Origin: Candidatus Heimdallarchaeum endolithica
Lineage (GTDB): Archaea; Asgardarchaeota; Heimdallarchaeia; Heimdallarchaeales; Heimdallarchaeaceae
Direction of reading: 5' to 3'
NCBI GenBank assembly: GCA_021513715.1
Contig: CP084167.1
Span: 3,104,001-3,168,000 of the forward strand
Length of the DNA stretch: 64,000 nt
The stretch's first letter is position 1. Every line of letters begins with the position of its first letter. Shown piece after piece: positions 42,021 to 52,353 of this stretch. The notes under the pieces are model-generated. The model was not told the DNA's origin. It ran no database searches and worked only from the letters and a program-made list of their open reading frames with translations. Both the position numbers and the translations under genes were made by a program.

Positions 42021-43163
42021 TTGGTGAAACATTTGTACTTAGATAAAAACGAGTATGAAGTACTGCTAGCCTTACAAAGAGATCCCCTCGCTAGTATCAG
42101 TGATATTAGAGAGGATATAAGTAAACGTGATTCTAAAGAAAGATCTTTTTATAGTGTAAAGAAGGCCTTTACTTCACTTTTAGAAAAAGGAATAATTAAG
42201 AACTTTGCTGCATCTATTAATCCTAGTAAAATAGGTCTGGAAAAGAGAAGTTACTTTTTTAACACATCTTCATTTAAGAAAACTCAAGAATTAGAAAAAA
42301 TATTAGATTGCCATAACTACAGTCGATACAGATGTCGAGCTATCACAGGATCGAAGACTGGACTTTATGTTGAATTTGAGATTCCTCCAGGTACAGAAGG
42401 ATACATTGAAGAGTTAATTGAAATTTTAACAAAAAAACAATATATTTTCAATGTATTGGAGCTTGGAAAAGAAGAAAGTGTAATTCAAACAAATATAAAT
42501 CTTAAATTTATTGATCCTTCTTCTTTGCAGTGGACTTTCAACTTTGACGAGTGGATAAATGGTAACGAAAAAAATGATGGGAATACAATTAAAATAACAT
42601 CCAAAATAGAAAAAAAGAAGATAAATGAAACTGATTTATGGCTTATGCGAATATTGACCATTAATCCTCGACAAAAAAATAAAGATCTATTACAAAAATT
42701 ACAAGAAGAAAAGAAAAAACTAACAGGGACAGAGTTACGGAAAGATCTTACAACTATTTCAAGAAGAAAAAACTATATCCTAGAAAACTATATTGGTGAT
42801 ACTCAAGTTTTGATAGATACAGAGATTTTTTCATTAGATGTTAGGATGATTTTTAATGTTATAATGAAGAAAAAGTATGTTGAGGAAATAAAAAAGAAAT
42901 TAATTAACAATCCATTACCTTTTAGAACGAATTTCGTAGAAACGAAAAAAGGTTTTAGATGGTACATTTATCGTTCTCCAACTAGTTATGTTAATCAATT
43001 AACTAATTGGATATGGTCAATGGATCCAGAGTGCATGAGAACAATCCATTGGCTTCCTTTTGGGAGATTATACTGGTTTTACCCATTAAACTATGATTTA
43101 GAAATATCAGATTGGAAGAAGAGTAGAGAACATTTCTTTGATCCAATACAAAAATTTCTATAA
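42021..43163 (+). CDS. Lrp/AsnC-like transcriptional regulator with duplicated wHTH
   Basis: LDKNEYEVLLALQRDP..INPSKIGL, and second ETDLWLMRILTINPR. Confidence 0.7.
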   Translation: MVKHLYLDKNEYEVLLALQRDPLASISDIREDISKRDSKERSFYSVKKAFTSLLEKGIIKNFAASINPSKIGLEKRSYFFNTSSFKKTQELEKILDCHNYSRYRCRAITGSKTGLYVEFEIPPGTEGYIEELIEILTKKQYIFNVLELGKEESVIQTNINLKFIDPSSLQWTFNFDEWINGNEKNDGNTIKITSKIEKKKINETDLWLMRILTINPRQKNKDLLQKLQEEKKKLTGTELRKDLTTISRRKNYILENYIGDTQVLIDTEIFSLDVRMIFNVIMKKKYVEEIKKKLINNPLPFRTNFVETKKGFRWYIYRSPTSYVNQLTNWIWSMDPECMRTIHWLPFGRLYWFYPLNYDLEISDWKKSREHFFDPIQKFL

Positions 43164-43241
43164 TTTTCTAAGATAATCCAATTTTTTTGGTTGAATTACT
43201 TTCCCAAAATCTTTTATTCTTTTGATTCACCTTGTATTCAA

Positions 43242-44504
43242 ATGATAAATGAAGAAATGAAAGAATTTATGCTAAATGATTCAGTAGAACGCTTTATTAA
43301 ATATGTTCAGGTTGAAACTACTTCTGACGAAAATTCTTCGTCTAATCCTTCAACAAAAGAACAATTAGAGTTAGGTAAAATACTTGTTCAAGAACTAGAA
43401 TCGTTAGGTCTTAAAGAAGTGGAACTTGATGAATTTGGTTATGTATATGCTACACTTCCTGCAAGTGAAGGATATGAAAACGTTGAACCTATTGGTCTTA
43501 TAGCACATATGGACACTTCTCCTGCAGTATCAGGGAAAAACGTTAAGCCTATTGTTCACAAAAATTATGACGGTGGTACAATTACTTTTCGTAAAGATCC
43601 AGAGTTAACTTTGTCAAAAGAAGACTCAAAGGAATTAGAAGAATATGTGGGTCTAGATATAATTACAGCTTCTGGAGATACTCTTTTGGGCGCAGATGAT
43701 AAAGCTGGAGTAGCTGAAATAATGACTGCATTATCAACATGGCAAAAATATCCCTCTTTGAAACATGGAGAAATAAAAATATGCTTTACACCAGATGAAG
43801 AAGTGGGTAGAGGAACAGAGAAAATTAACAAAGAGAAATTACCTAAATACTGCTACACCTTTGATGGTGGAGAAATGGGTGAGCTAGAAATAGAATGTTT
43901 TGACGCTTGGTCTGTAAAGCTAACATTTATTGGACTAAGTGTTCACCCTGGATATGCAAAAAACAAAATGATTAATGCAGTAGATGTTGCTTGTAGGTTC
44001 TTCTCTCAGATCCCAGAATATGAAACTCCAGAAAGAACTGAAAAAAGAGAAGGATTTTACCATTTGCACAATCTCTCAGGTAATGCAGAAATTGCAGAAG
44101 GAAAAATGATCATTAGAGATTTTGATGTAGAAAAGAATGAAAAAAGAATAGATTATATCAAATCACTAATATCAGCTTACAAAAAAAGATATCCTGGTTT
44201 AAAAATCGAGTTGGAGTACAAACATAGCTATGAGAATATGAAAGTTTATCTTGAACCACATAAACATATCGTTGATCATGCTGAAAAAGCAATTGAAAGA
44301 GCTGGATTAGAAGTGAAATATACAGCAATAAGAGGGGGTACAGATGGTGCACGATTGTCTGCTCAAGGAATACCTACCCCCAACATCTTCGCTGGAGGTT
44401 TACTATTTCATTCAAGAAAAGAATATATTCCTACTCTCGCTATTCAGAAAGCAGTAGAAGTAATCATTTATTTAGCTGAAGAATGGTCTAAAAAACCTAA
44501 TTAA
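43242..44504 (+). CDS. pepT: Peptidase T (M20B tripeptidase)
   Basis: AHMDTS, LGADDKAG, FTPDEEVG, IRGGTDGARLS. Confidence 0.95.
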   Translation: MINEEMKEFMLNDSVERFIKYVQVETTSDENSSSNPSTKEQLELGKILVQELESLGLKEVELDEFGYVYATLPASEGYENVEPIGLIAHMDTSPAVSGKNVKPIVHKNYDGGTITFRKDPELTLSKEDSKELEEYVGLDIITASGDTLLGADDKAGVAEIMTALSTWQKYPSLKHGEIKICFTPDEEVGRGTEKINKEKLPKYCYTFDGGEMGELEIECFDAWSVKLTFIGLSVHPGYAKNKMINAVDVACRFFSQIPEYETPERTEKREGFYHLHNLSGNAEIAEGKMIIRDFDVEKNEKRIDYIKSLISAYKKRYPGLKIELEYKHSYENMKVYLEPHKHIVDHAEKAIERAGLEVKYTAIRGGTDGARLSAQGIPTPNIFAGGLLFHSRKEYIPTLAIQKAVEVIIYLAEEWSKKPN

Positions 44505-44511
44505 TCTTTTT

Positions 44512-45144
44512 TTATTCTTTCAGAAATGGTAGTATTCTCAAAGCTTTTGAAATAATACCCACAATACCTCCCATTGTTTTTGCAATTGCAACAACAAGTT
44601 CTGCTTGCTGCCATGAGTAGTTATTTGATAATACATTAAATTGAATTAAACGTATATGCTCGTTAACTGCGAATTCTAGCTCTCCTAAATGCCAGTTTTT
44701 ATTATTGTTTTTTGTTTTAGAACTAAAGTTAGCAATCTCTTTTAAGAAAAAATTGACAGAATAGCTCACAGTCTTATTTAGAGAAATAAGTTCATCCATA
44801 GCAATGTTAGAAAGTTCATACTGTCTAATTGAAAAAAAGGAGTGTAGAAGATAAAAATTAGAAGAAACTTCTTTTAAGTAAGTAAAAAATGTTTCATACA
44901 TAAACAGAGTCTTATTGTCCTTTATAATACTATTTGCTAAAACAAATGATATTTCATCAATGAATCGATGGACATTTTCATAATATTGTTTCATTATAAT
45001 ACTTCTTTCCTCAAAGTTAGGAATAAAGTATAACGTTTGAGAAATTAATTCTTCCATTCTTTCAAAAGTTGTAGCTGCAATACTCGAACATTGAAGTAAA
45101 GAGCTTATAAATTTAAGTTTATTCTTCGCTTCTTTTTTCCCCAT
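44512..45144 (-). CDS. Hypothetical all-helical protein (possibly PhoU/DUF47-like)
   Basis: Helical pattern only; no diagnostic motif. Confidence 0.45.
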   Translation of the reverse strand: MGKKEAKNKLKFISSLLQCSSIAATTFERMEELISQTLYFIPNFEERSIIMKQYYENVHRFIDEISFVLANSIIKDNKTLFMYETFFTYLKEVSSNFYLLHSFFSIRQYELSNIAMDELISLNKTVSYSVNFFLKEIANFSSKTKNNNKNWHLGELEFAVNEHIRLIQFNVLSNNYSWQQAELVVAIAKTMGGIVGIISKALRILPFLKE

Positions 45145-45276
45145 ATTTTTCCCCGTAATATAGACTTTAAATATTTAAAAATATTAAATTTTCGGAAAGC
45201 AAAGTATAATTATAGAAATAAAAAAAATAAAGAAGGAACTTGAATCTTTTAAGATTCATTTCCTTTCCAAACATCT

Positions 45277-46635
45277 TTATTCTTTTTTGCATGAATTCAC
45301 GATATAGAAAAATGAAAAAGTTGGTTCTAATGAATATTGAATTTGCTTCTGTACCATACTTTTTTCTATATGGAAAATATTTAGTTTTTGAGAAATTGAG
45401 ATCTGATCAGTAAAATTGATACTAATAAAAGCATCTACAGAATAGTGATCTGAACCTGTATCTGCGTGAGGAGTGTCTCCAGTTGTTGAATTAATAAGGC
45501 TTTTTGTAAAAAACTGGTTAACTATAATATAATCAATTCTTCCAATTGATGAAGGGTTTTCTGGTCCAAATGAATAACCAGGGACTGTAGGGTTTAAAGT
45601 TCGAAAAACATCAGTGAAATTATGAATCTTTGAGGAATACTGTCCATACTTTGTGTCATTTGGGTAGAGTAGCATTCTCATTGGCCCATCTCCTAAATCA
45701 ACTTCAGGAGCTAGTTCTCCCACATCATCAGGGCTATGGCTATTGAAATCACCTAAATAGATGATAGGAACTAAACCTAATTCATCCATATAGTTAATTA
45801 TTCCTTCTTGCTCAAATTCTCTTCTCTGCTCATTTGTGTCACCCTCACTTGCTTTAAGATGTGCACCTATAATATGCACTTCTATACCACTGATATTAAC
45901 GACTCCTTCGATAAAGTCATGTGTAGGGTGATAAGTTTCTCCATTGTCTAAAGTTAGAGTGTCAATCTGGTTGAACTCAGTAATTGGATAACGGCTAACG
46001 ATTGCTTCTCCACTGGTTGAGTAAGAAATTCCTTGAGCTGTGTATCCTCTGTAAGGAGCTTCTTTTAAGAAATAATCATTAAAAACATTAAGGTATTGGT
46101 AAAAACTACGATTGCCTGCATTATCCCAATCTCCTGTCTCAACAAAGAGACAAATGTCAGGATTTTCTTCTTCAACAACTTTAATCCAATCTGGTTGCTT
46201 TCCGCTTTCTAAAATATTGTAAGTCATTATTTTAAACGCATCATCTGGAGGAGCATATTTTATGTTGTCTACAATTACAGTAACATTTTTTATATTACTA
46301 TTCTTATGCCTATCAGTTGCTTTAACAGAAATGGTGTGAGCACCTTCTTCATAATCAGAAGTATCCCAGATATATGAGGTAGTAGTAGAAACTAAAATGT
46401 TATCAATATATAACTCAATTTGTAATTTATTCTGCTGCGTTGTGTCGTCAACAACTTCAAAAGAAATATTGACTAGATTATCTACTATTTGAGCAGGAGT
46501 AGGGTTATGATATGTTATTCTTGGAGCAGTTACATCTTTATTAATTGTTATTGATAGTATTATTCCAAGAACTATACATGAAATAACAAATAAAACACTA
46601 AAAATGATTATTGACTTTTTTTTCATCTTATTCAA
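45277..46635 (-). CDS. Membrane-anchored endonuclease/exonuclease/phosphatase (EEP) with Ig-like domain
   Basis: N-terminal TM, Ig-like WDTS..GAHTISVKATD, MTYNI, GDFN, RIDY, GSDH. Confidence 0.87.
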   Translation of the reverse strand: MNKMKKKSIIIFSVLFVISCIVLGIILSITINKDVTAPRITYHNPTPAQIVDNLVNISFEVVDDTTQQNKLQIELYIDNILVSTTTSYIWDTSDYEEGAHTISVKATDRHKNSNIKNVTVIVDNIKYAPPDDAFKIMTYNILESGKQPDWIKVVEEENPDICLFVETGDWDNAGNRSFYQYLNVFNDYFLKEAPYRGYTAQGISYSTSGEAIVSRYPITEFNQIDTLTLDNGETYHPTHDFIEGVVNISGIEVHIIGAHLKASEGDTNEQRREFEQEGIINYMDELGLVPIIYLGDFNSHSPDDVGELAPEVDLGDGPMRMLLYPNDTKYGQYSSKIHNFTDVFRTLNPTVPGYSFGPENPSSIGRIDYIIVNQFFTKSLINSTTGDTPHADTGSDHYSVDAFISINFTDQISISQKLNIFHIEKSMVQKQIQYSLEPTFSFFYIVNSCKKE

Positions 46636-46682
46636 GTTTGAAAGCTCATTAGTGCTTATAGGTTTTTTCTATATTACTTGAA

Positions 46683-48044
46683 TTATGCTTTTTCTTCTTG
46701 TTTTCTCCATTTAAAGGAAAGTATTAGACTATTTTCTGATAGGAATAAAAGATTGATTGCAGCAAGTGCAATGGATATTATGATAAACAAGAGGGGAATA
46801 GAATAATCAGCAATGTATCCGAATAAAGGAGCAATTGCTAAAACAATTATGGATTTCAATTGCGATTCTGCACTCAAGATTGTAGCTCGTTGTTCTTTTT
46901 TCATTATTGATCCTAAATAGTCAATAACAATTGGTCTTCTAGCATTTGCAAAAACGTAAATGATTAAATAAAGAAAGACTACTACAATTGGCAATTGTAA
47001 CCAAATAAAAGCTGCAGATAATATTAACACTATCGAAAAAGAGTAATAGATGATGTCCATTGTCTTTCTTGAACTTTTGAACAAATTCTTGATTTTAAAT
47101 GCATTTCTGGAAGATATTGAAGAAAGAAGATAAAAAGAGGAATAAAGAACACCTAAGATAATTCTTACCAAGTTATCTTCAGAAATATCAATTGAAGATA
47201 GACCAAGATTAATGATCATTACAGCAATAAATACCTTAACTATTGGCTGAATGTAGTCTTTAATTGATTTATAGACCGCATCATAAGAGGAAGAAGAAAT
47301 TATTCCTCTCCGTAAGTCTCTGTTCTTGAGAGAAACAAAGAGATCTCTGAAACCTGAAACAAATTCTGAAAAAATGCTCTTTCCTTCTTGAAGATTCTTT
47401 TTATTCATATAAGAAGGATAAGTAGCGATTAGAATTAAATCTGCAAGGTAAGGAACAATTGCAAAGGGAAAGACATATCTAGGTTCTGGAGCAAAAATAA
47501 CTAGAAAAATTGACAAAATTCCGTTTAAAGTAGAACCTATAAGAGACCATGAACGAGTAGTCCCATAAACAAAAGATTTGAATTTAGAATAGTTATTTTC
47601 ATCCATCCAGTACAAAATCATAGCTTTATGTGTTCCTGAGCGAAAAGCCTCCCCCATTCCGAATAATAATGGACCTATAGCAAGAAAAGCAAAAGAGTGA
47701 ATAAGGTTACCTAAAGCAAAAAAGTAAACAATAAATGATGCAATATAAAATAAAAAGCATAACATTAACTCATTTTTTTTGCCAAATTTATCAGCAATAA
47801 TCCCACTTGGAATCTCGAAAACATAGGTAATGATTTCCTGGATAAGAAGTAATAATCCTATCTGGAAAAGATTTAACCCCCAAGCAAGAAGAAGGAGTAA
47901 AATGTAGGGTTCATAAAATTTTAAATTTTTGAAAAAACCGTAAAGGCGAAATTTAATCATAATTGGTTCTTTTAATATTTTTTTCTGAATTTTCCTTTCC
48001 TCATCTTTTTTGTTCATTATGTCCCCTTCGAATGAATAGCACAA
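46683..48044 (-). CDS. MFS transporter
   Basis: FEIPSGIIADKFGKK, GEAFRSGT, ~12 TM. Confidence 0.9.
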   Translation of the reverse strand: MCYSFEGDIMNKKDEERKIQKKILKEPIMIKFRLYGFFKNLKFYEPYILLLLLAWGLNLFQIGLLLLIQEIITYVFEIPSGIIADKFGKKNELMLCFLFYIASFIVYFFALGNLIHSFAFLAIGPLLFGMGEAFRSGTHKAMILYWMDENNYSKFKSFVYGTTRSWSLIGSTLNGILSIFLVIFAPEPRYVFPFAIVPYLADLILIATYPSYMNKKNLQEGKSIFSEFVSGFRDLFVSLKNRDLRRGIISSSSYDAVYKSIKDYIQPIVKVFIAVMIINLGLSSIDISEDNLVRIILGVLYSSFYLLSSISSRNAFKIKNLFKSSRKTMDIIYYSFSIVLILSAAFIWLQLPIVVVFLYLIIYVFANARRPIVIDYLGSIMKKEQRATILSAESQLKSIIVLAIAPLFGYIADYSIPLLFIIISIALAAINLLFLSENSLILSFKWRKQEEKA

Positions 48045-48210
48045 ATTAGTTTTTTAAAGATTCTTAGTTCTACAGATTAATTCTAGGACATTTTTTTCCT
48101 TATTAAACTGGTTTTTAGCAAATTCTAATGAAAAAATTGTTTTTTGATATCCCATATTTTTTTCTCTCTTATCGTTCAGGTGTAATACCCATATGGATTT
48201 TAATTAACAC

Positions 48211-48462
48211 GTGAATATTTTCTCAGTTTTTAAATTGAAATCTTTATTATGTTTCATGATGGAAAAGAAACAACGTTCCGAACAAGTAGTAAAACTAGTA
48301 AAATGCAGTGTAGATGGAGATGAATGGTTCGATATCTCTGAATTACTAGCTCTTTGTGCGATAAATGAACATTATGCTTCAAAAGATTTAGATGCTATAT
48401 TAGACAGATATAATAAAGGACACATCATACCTGTTGAATACGTGTTATATAAAAAAGAATGA
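48211..48462 (+). CDS. Small hypothetical protein (true start probably MMEKKQ)
   Basis: Soluble-protein-like composition; directly upstream of and co-oriented with the next gene. Confidence 0.5.
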   Translation: MNIFSVFKLKSLLCFMMEKKQRSEQVVKLVKCSVDGDEWFDISELLALCAINEHYASKDLDAILDRYNKGHIIPVEYVLYKKE

Positions 48463-48525
48463 AAGGATAATCTTTTCTTTTTGTATTTCCTAAAAAAATA
48501 TAAACTGTTTCTCACATTTTATTTT

Positions 48526-49734
48526 ATGGAAATTCCTGAGATTTATGCTTTTATTGTAACAAATAATAGTGGAGTACCAAAACTTTCAATAGTTTTTGAT
48601 GAAAAATTTAAAGTTGATGATGTACTTTTTTCAGGTTTTATTTCGGCTATAATTCAATTTCTCTCTGAAATCCTTTCTTCAAGAGAAATGCATACTCAAT
48701 TTGCTCAAGCTGATTATGAAGGATTAATAACAGAAATTGGTGAAAATTATTATTGTCTTGTAGGAAATAATATTTTTTCTTTTCATTTTGACTTCTATTA
48801 CCAATTATTTTCATTCATTGAAAAAGAAATATCAAGTGAAATTGTAGATGAGAACAAAATAAATCAAGTAAGATCGTTATTGATGAGTGCAATTTATACC
48901 TATTCAAATCCTGAATTGGTTATTCCATTTAAGGTGGAGGAAAGTAGTGATGAAGAACTTTGGGTAAAAGAAGCTGAAGTTTTTTACAATAGTATTGATG
49001 GAAATTCTAATTTGAAGGAGATCTCGTCGAAAACAGGAATAAGTATTGATAATATTTTTGGATTTTTTATAATTTTACAATGGTTAGATCTTATTTCCTT
49101 TAAAATCGAAGTGCGTGACTATCTTATCTTAGAAAAGTCTGTAGGTTTTATTATTGATAATACAATTAAATCGCAATACAGAATTACAAATGAAATTAGT
49201 GTTGAAGCGTACGAAATTTACAAAGTAATAAATGGAAAGAAAACTGTATCTGAGATTAAGAAACAATTTCCCACTTTAGATGTTAAATTAATCATAGAAG
49301 ATATGTTAAGAATGAATATAGTAAAAACTGTTTCAGAAACTAAAGCTTTAGCTCTGATAATTTCTGACTACTTTAACTTTCTTATCACAGAAATGAAGAA
49401 TTACTTTAGTGAAAAAGAAGTAAGAGAAATGTCTAATAAAGCAATAGAGGAAAGTAAAGCAATCTTTCTTTACCCAATTGAAAATATAATCTCACCTGCT
49501 GATTTTGAGCAAATATTAGTATCACTAAAGTCTGAAGGTTATTCTTCGATTGAGATAGTGAAAATTTTTATTAATCCAGTAAATGTAGTTAATTCCATTC
49601 TTAGGCAGAAGAACAAAAATAATAGTGTAAAAATTTTTGCTACTGTATTTAACAAACTGATAGAAAAACACGGCTTTACGTTGGAAAGAATGGGTTTTTT
49701 GCCTGATTTTTGTCCAGAAGAATATCTTTCTTAA
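48526..49734 (+). CDS. Longin-like N-terminal domain plus two winged-helix repeats (NPRL2-like architecture)
   Basis: IVTNNSGVP...DDVLFSGFISAIIQFLSE; SIDGNSNLKEIS and VINGKKTVSEIK. Confidence 0.6.
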   Translation: MEIPEIYAFIVTNNSGVPKLSIVFDEKFKVDDVLFSGFISAIIQFLSEILSSREMHTQFAQADYEGLITEIGENYYCLVGNNIFSFHFDFYYQLFSFIEKEISSEIVDENKINQVRSLLMSAIYTYSNPELVIPFKVEESSDEELWVKEAEVFYNSIDGNSNLKEISSKTGISIDNIFGFFIILQWLDLISFKIEVRDYLILEKSVGFIIDNTIKSQYRITNEISVEAYEIYKVINGKKTVSEIKKQFPTLDVKLIIEDMLRMNIVKTVSETKALALIISDYFNFLITEMKNYFSEKEVREMSNKAIEESKAIFLYPIENIISPADFEQILVSLKSEGYSSIEIVKIFINPVNVVNSILRQKNKNNSVKIFATVFNKLIEKHGFTLERMGFLPDFCPEEYLS

Positions 49735-49794
49735 AAGTTCGTTTGAGAAACAATAATCTTTATTACTCTTTTTTCCCATATCAATTTGATATCA

Positions 49795-50526
49795 ATGTCT
49801 GAATATGATGAGAATAAAAGCCATGAAATAGCCCCTGGAATTTATTGGGTTGGTTTCGCAGATAAAAATGCAGGATTTTCTAACAATCCTTACTTAATAA
49901 TAGATAGCGATGGAACAGGGATTCTTATTGATCCTGGTTCAAGAGCAGATGAACATTTCAATATTGTGAAAAGAAAAGTTGGAGAACTAATTTCCTTTGA
50001 ACAGATTAAATACATCATAGTCCACCATCAAGATCCTGATCTCTGTGCTTCTATTCCTCTTTTTGAAGAATTAATTGGAGTAGATAATGTTAAGATAATA
50101 ACCACTTTGAGAACAAGTTTATTTATTCCTTATTATGGGAGCAAAGCTGAAATTATAATTATAGAAGATGGAGATGAGTTTGAACTTCCTTCTGGACGAA
50201 TTTTAAAATTCATTACTACTCCTTATGTTCATTTTGCAGGTTCATTTGTAACCTTTGATACAAAAGAACAAGTTCTCTTTAGTAGTGATATTTTTGCTGC
50301 TTTCAGTTTCGAATGGAAGTTATATGCTGATGAAAATTATGTTCAAGCAGTAAAAGCTTTTACAGAACCATATATTGGTTGTAAAGAACCAGTAGTTTCT
50401 GCTGCTAAGAAAATGTTAACTCTTCCAATCAAAATTATAGCTCCTCAACATGGGTCTGTAATTAAGGAAGATCTTGAGAAGTACATAAACGCATTGTTTG
50501 AAATGGAATATGGAGCGTGGTTATAA
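49795..50526 (+). CDS. MBL-fold oxygen-binding di-iron protein (ODP-like), no flavodoxin domain
   Basis: NPYLI, IDPG, HHQDPDL, YVHFAG, SSDIF, IAPQHG. Confidence 0.8.
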   Translation: MSEYDENKSHEIAPGIYWVGFADKNAGFSNNPYLIIDSDGTGILIDPGSRADEHFNIVKRKVGELISFEQIKYIIVHHQDPDLCASIPLFEELIGVDNVKIITTLRTSLFIPYYGSKAEIIIIEDGDEFELPSGRILKFITTPYVHFAGSFVTFDTKEQVLFSSDIFAAFSFEWKLYADENYVQAVKAFTEPYIGCKEPVVSAAKKMLTLPIKIIAPQHGSVIKEDLEKYINALFEMEYGAWL

Positions 50527-50828
50527 TGGTTTCAAAGCAAGAAGCTATACTCCTAATAATTGAGAGAGGTACAGGTGTAATAGGACCTGTAAAGATGATG
50601 TCATTAGTTTCTGAAGCAGGTATAACCTTAGAAGATGGTAAAGTTGTCTCTCAAAATATAGATGAAAGTTTTAAGAAACTAACAGAAAGTTTTGCTTCAA
50701 TTGCTCCAACAACTAGAATAACACTGTTATCTCTAGCTAAAATGCATGGTTTTAGCATTGAAGAAAAAAAAGAAAAAAAGAAGAAAACATTTTTACGATT
50801 TAAAAACTGGAAACTTTTTAGACGTTAA
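50526..50828 (+). CDS. Small helical protein translationally coupled to the ODP-like gene
   Basis: ATG overlaps the upstream TAA (TAATG at 50524-50528). Confidence 0.65.
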   Translation: MVSKQEAILLIIERGTGVIGPVKMMSLVSEAGITLEDGKVVSQNIDESFKKLTESFASIAPTTRITLLSLAKMHGFSIEEKKEKKKKTFLRFKNWKLFRR

Positions 50829-50946
50829 ATTATAATTTCTCATTTAAAATATTTTTTTTCATCTATTTTAAAGAATAAGAACTTTTCTTACTTGTCTGTT
50901 TTTGAGCAAAAATTTATAAGAAACAAAAATATTCTCCCTACAACTT

Positions 50947-52266
50947 TTGAAAAAGGTTAAAATAATGCAACAAAAGTTCCAGAGAATCCAAGAACTAGAT
51001 TTCATTCGAGGAATAGCTATTTTGGTCATGTTAGCTTTTCACAGTTCATATTATTGGGACTCAACAATGTCTAGTGCTGAGATGAATATTTGGCTAAGCA
51101 ACCCACTAGCTATTTTTGCTTTGTTTATTGGTAAGTTTGCTGGTATTTTTGCTGTTATTTCTGGAGCTGCTAATGCAATTAGTATTAGTGCAAGAGTAGA
51201 AAATAAAAAAAACAAAATAAGAGGAATAATTTATAGTTCTTTTATCGCAGGATTGTGGATAATATTTATAGGAAGAATACATGCATCAATGTTCAATCAT
51301 ACAATTAAAGGGGATCTAGTGACACCTTATCCTGATGGGCCAGAACAATATAGCCTTCTTGTTGGAAGTATTCAAACAGGAGAGTTGCAATTTCCATCTG
51401 AATTTATTTTAATTTTTAAGAATACTGCTCTTTTTGTTATTGGAATGAGTGTAATGTGCTCTGGAGTTTTTTTTGCCTTATTGTCAAGGAAAAATAATCA
51501 TGAAAAAATTAAGCGAAATATGATAGTCATAGGTACTGTGGCTACAATAGTAGTTTTAGCAACAGAACCTTTAAAAATTTGGCTAAGACCAATTTGGGTT
51601 AACTACGCACTTAATCATCAATATGTAAAAGGATTTTTGCTAGGTTTCCTAATAGGAGATAGTTATCCTTTCTTCCCTTACGCTGGTTTTGCTTTCTATG
51701 GAATGATTTTTGGAGTAGCTTATTATCATCAAATAGATAGAAAAAAAGTAGCTAAAATAGGAGGAGCTGTAGGCGGAGTTTACTTGATTTCAGGGATAAT
51801 TTTATTGATTATCCTAGGTCATCCTGATATTACTGAAGTTTTTCAGACATTGTCAATACAATGGAACCTTTCACAAATAGGGTCAATGATATTAGTAATG
51901 ACACTCGTTTATTGGGTTCACTTTGATATAAAAATGTCAAAAATTAAAAGAATTTTCCGCTCGCGATTTGTTCGTCGATTTGGTCTTCAAACATTAACTG
52001 TATTTTTCCTAGAACCTATAGTAGGAACATCAATAAAGGCTTATGTTTTAGATAAACTCTTTCCAGGCTGGTCAATTCATTTGGCATTAGCATTTGTTTA
52101 CGGGTTATCATTAATATTTTTATGGTTTTTAATTTTGAGGGGATGGGAAGAAATAGGCTTTATTGGTTCTTTAGAATGGATTACAGCAAAAGTGTTAGGA
52201 TGGTTAACTTTTAGAGAACCAACTAGGCTAAAAATAAAAGAAAATCTTTACTTTGATTCTGAATGA
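50947..52266 (+). CDS. Membrane acyltransferase-like protein (DUF1624/DUF418/HGSNAT-like)
   Basis: RIQELDFIRGIAILVMLAFH, YPFFP, GSLEW; multiple TM. Confidence 0.7.
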   Translation: MKKVKIMQQKFQRIQELDFIRGIAILVMLAFHSSYYWDSTMSSAEMNIWLSNPLAIFALFIGKFAGIFAVISGAANAISISARVENKKNKIRGIIYSSFIAGLWIIFIGRIHASMFNHTIKGDLVTPYPDGPEQYSLLVGSIQTGELQFPSEFILIFKNTALFVIGMSVMCSGVFFALLSRKNNHEKIKRNMIVIGTVATIVVLATEPLKIWLRPIWVNYALNHQYVKGFLLGFLIGDSYPFFPYAGFAFYGMIFGVAYYHQIDRKKVAKIGGAVGGVYLISGIILLIILGHPDITEVFQTLSIQWNLSQIGSMILVMTLVYWVHFDIKMSKIKRIFRSRFVRRFGLQTLTVFFLEPIVGTSIKAYVLDKLFPGWSIHLALAFVYGLSLIFLWFLILRGWEEIGFIGSLEWITAKVLGWLTFREPTRLKIKENLYFDSE

Positions 52267-52353
52267 ATAATTTATTCTTTCTTATTAGCTATGTTTTGCC
52301 TTTAATTTTTTACTAAGTTAACATTTAATAATCACTGTTATCAATAAAGTATT

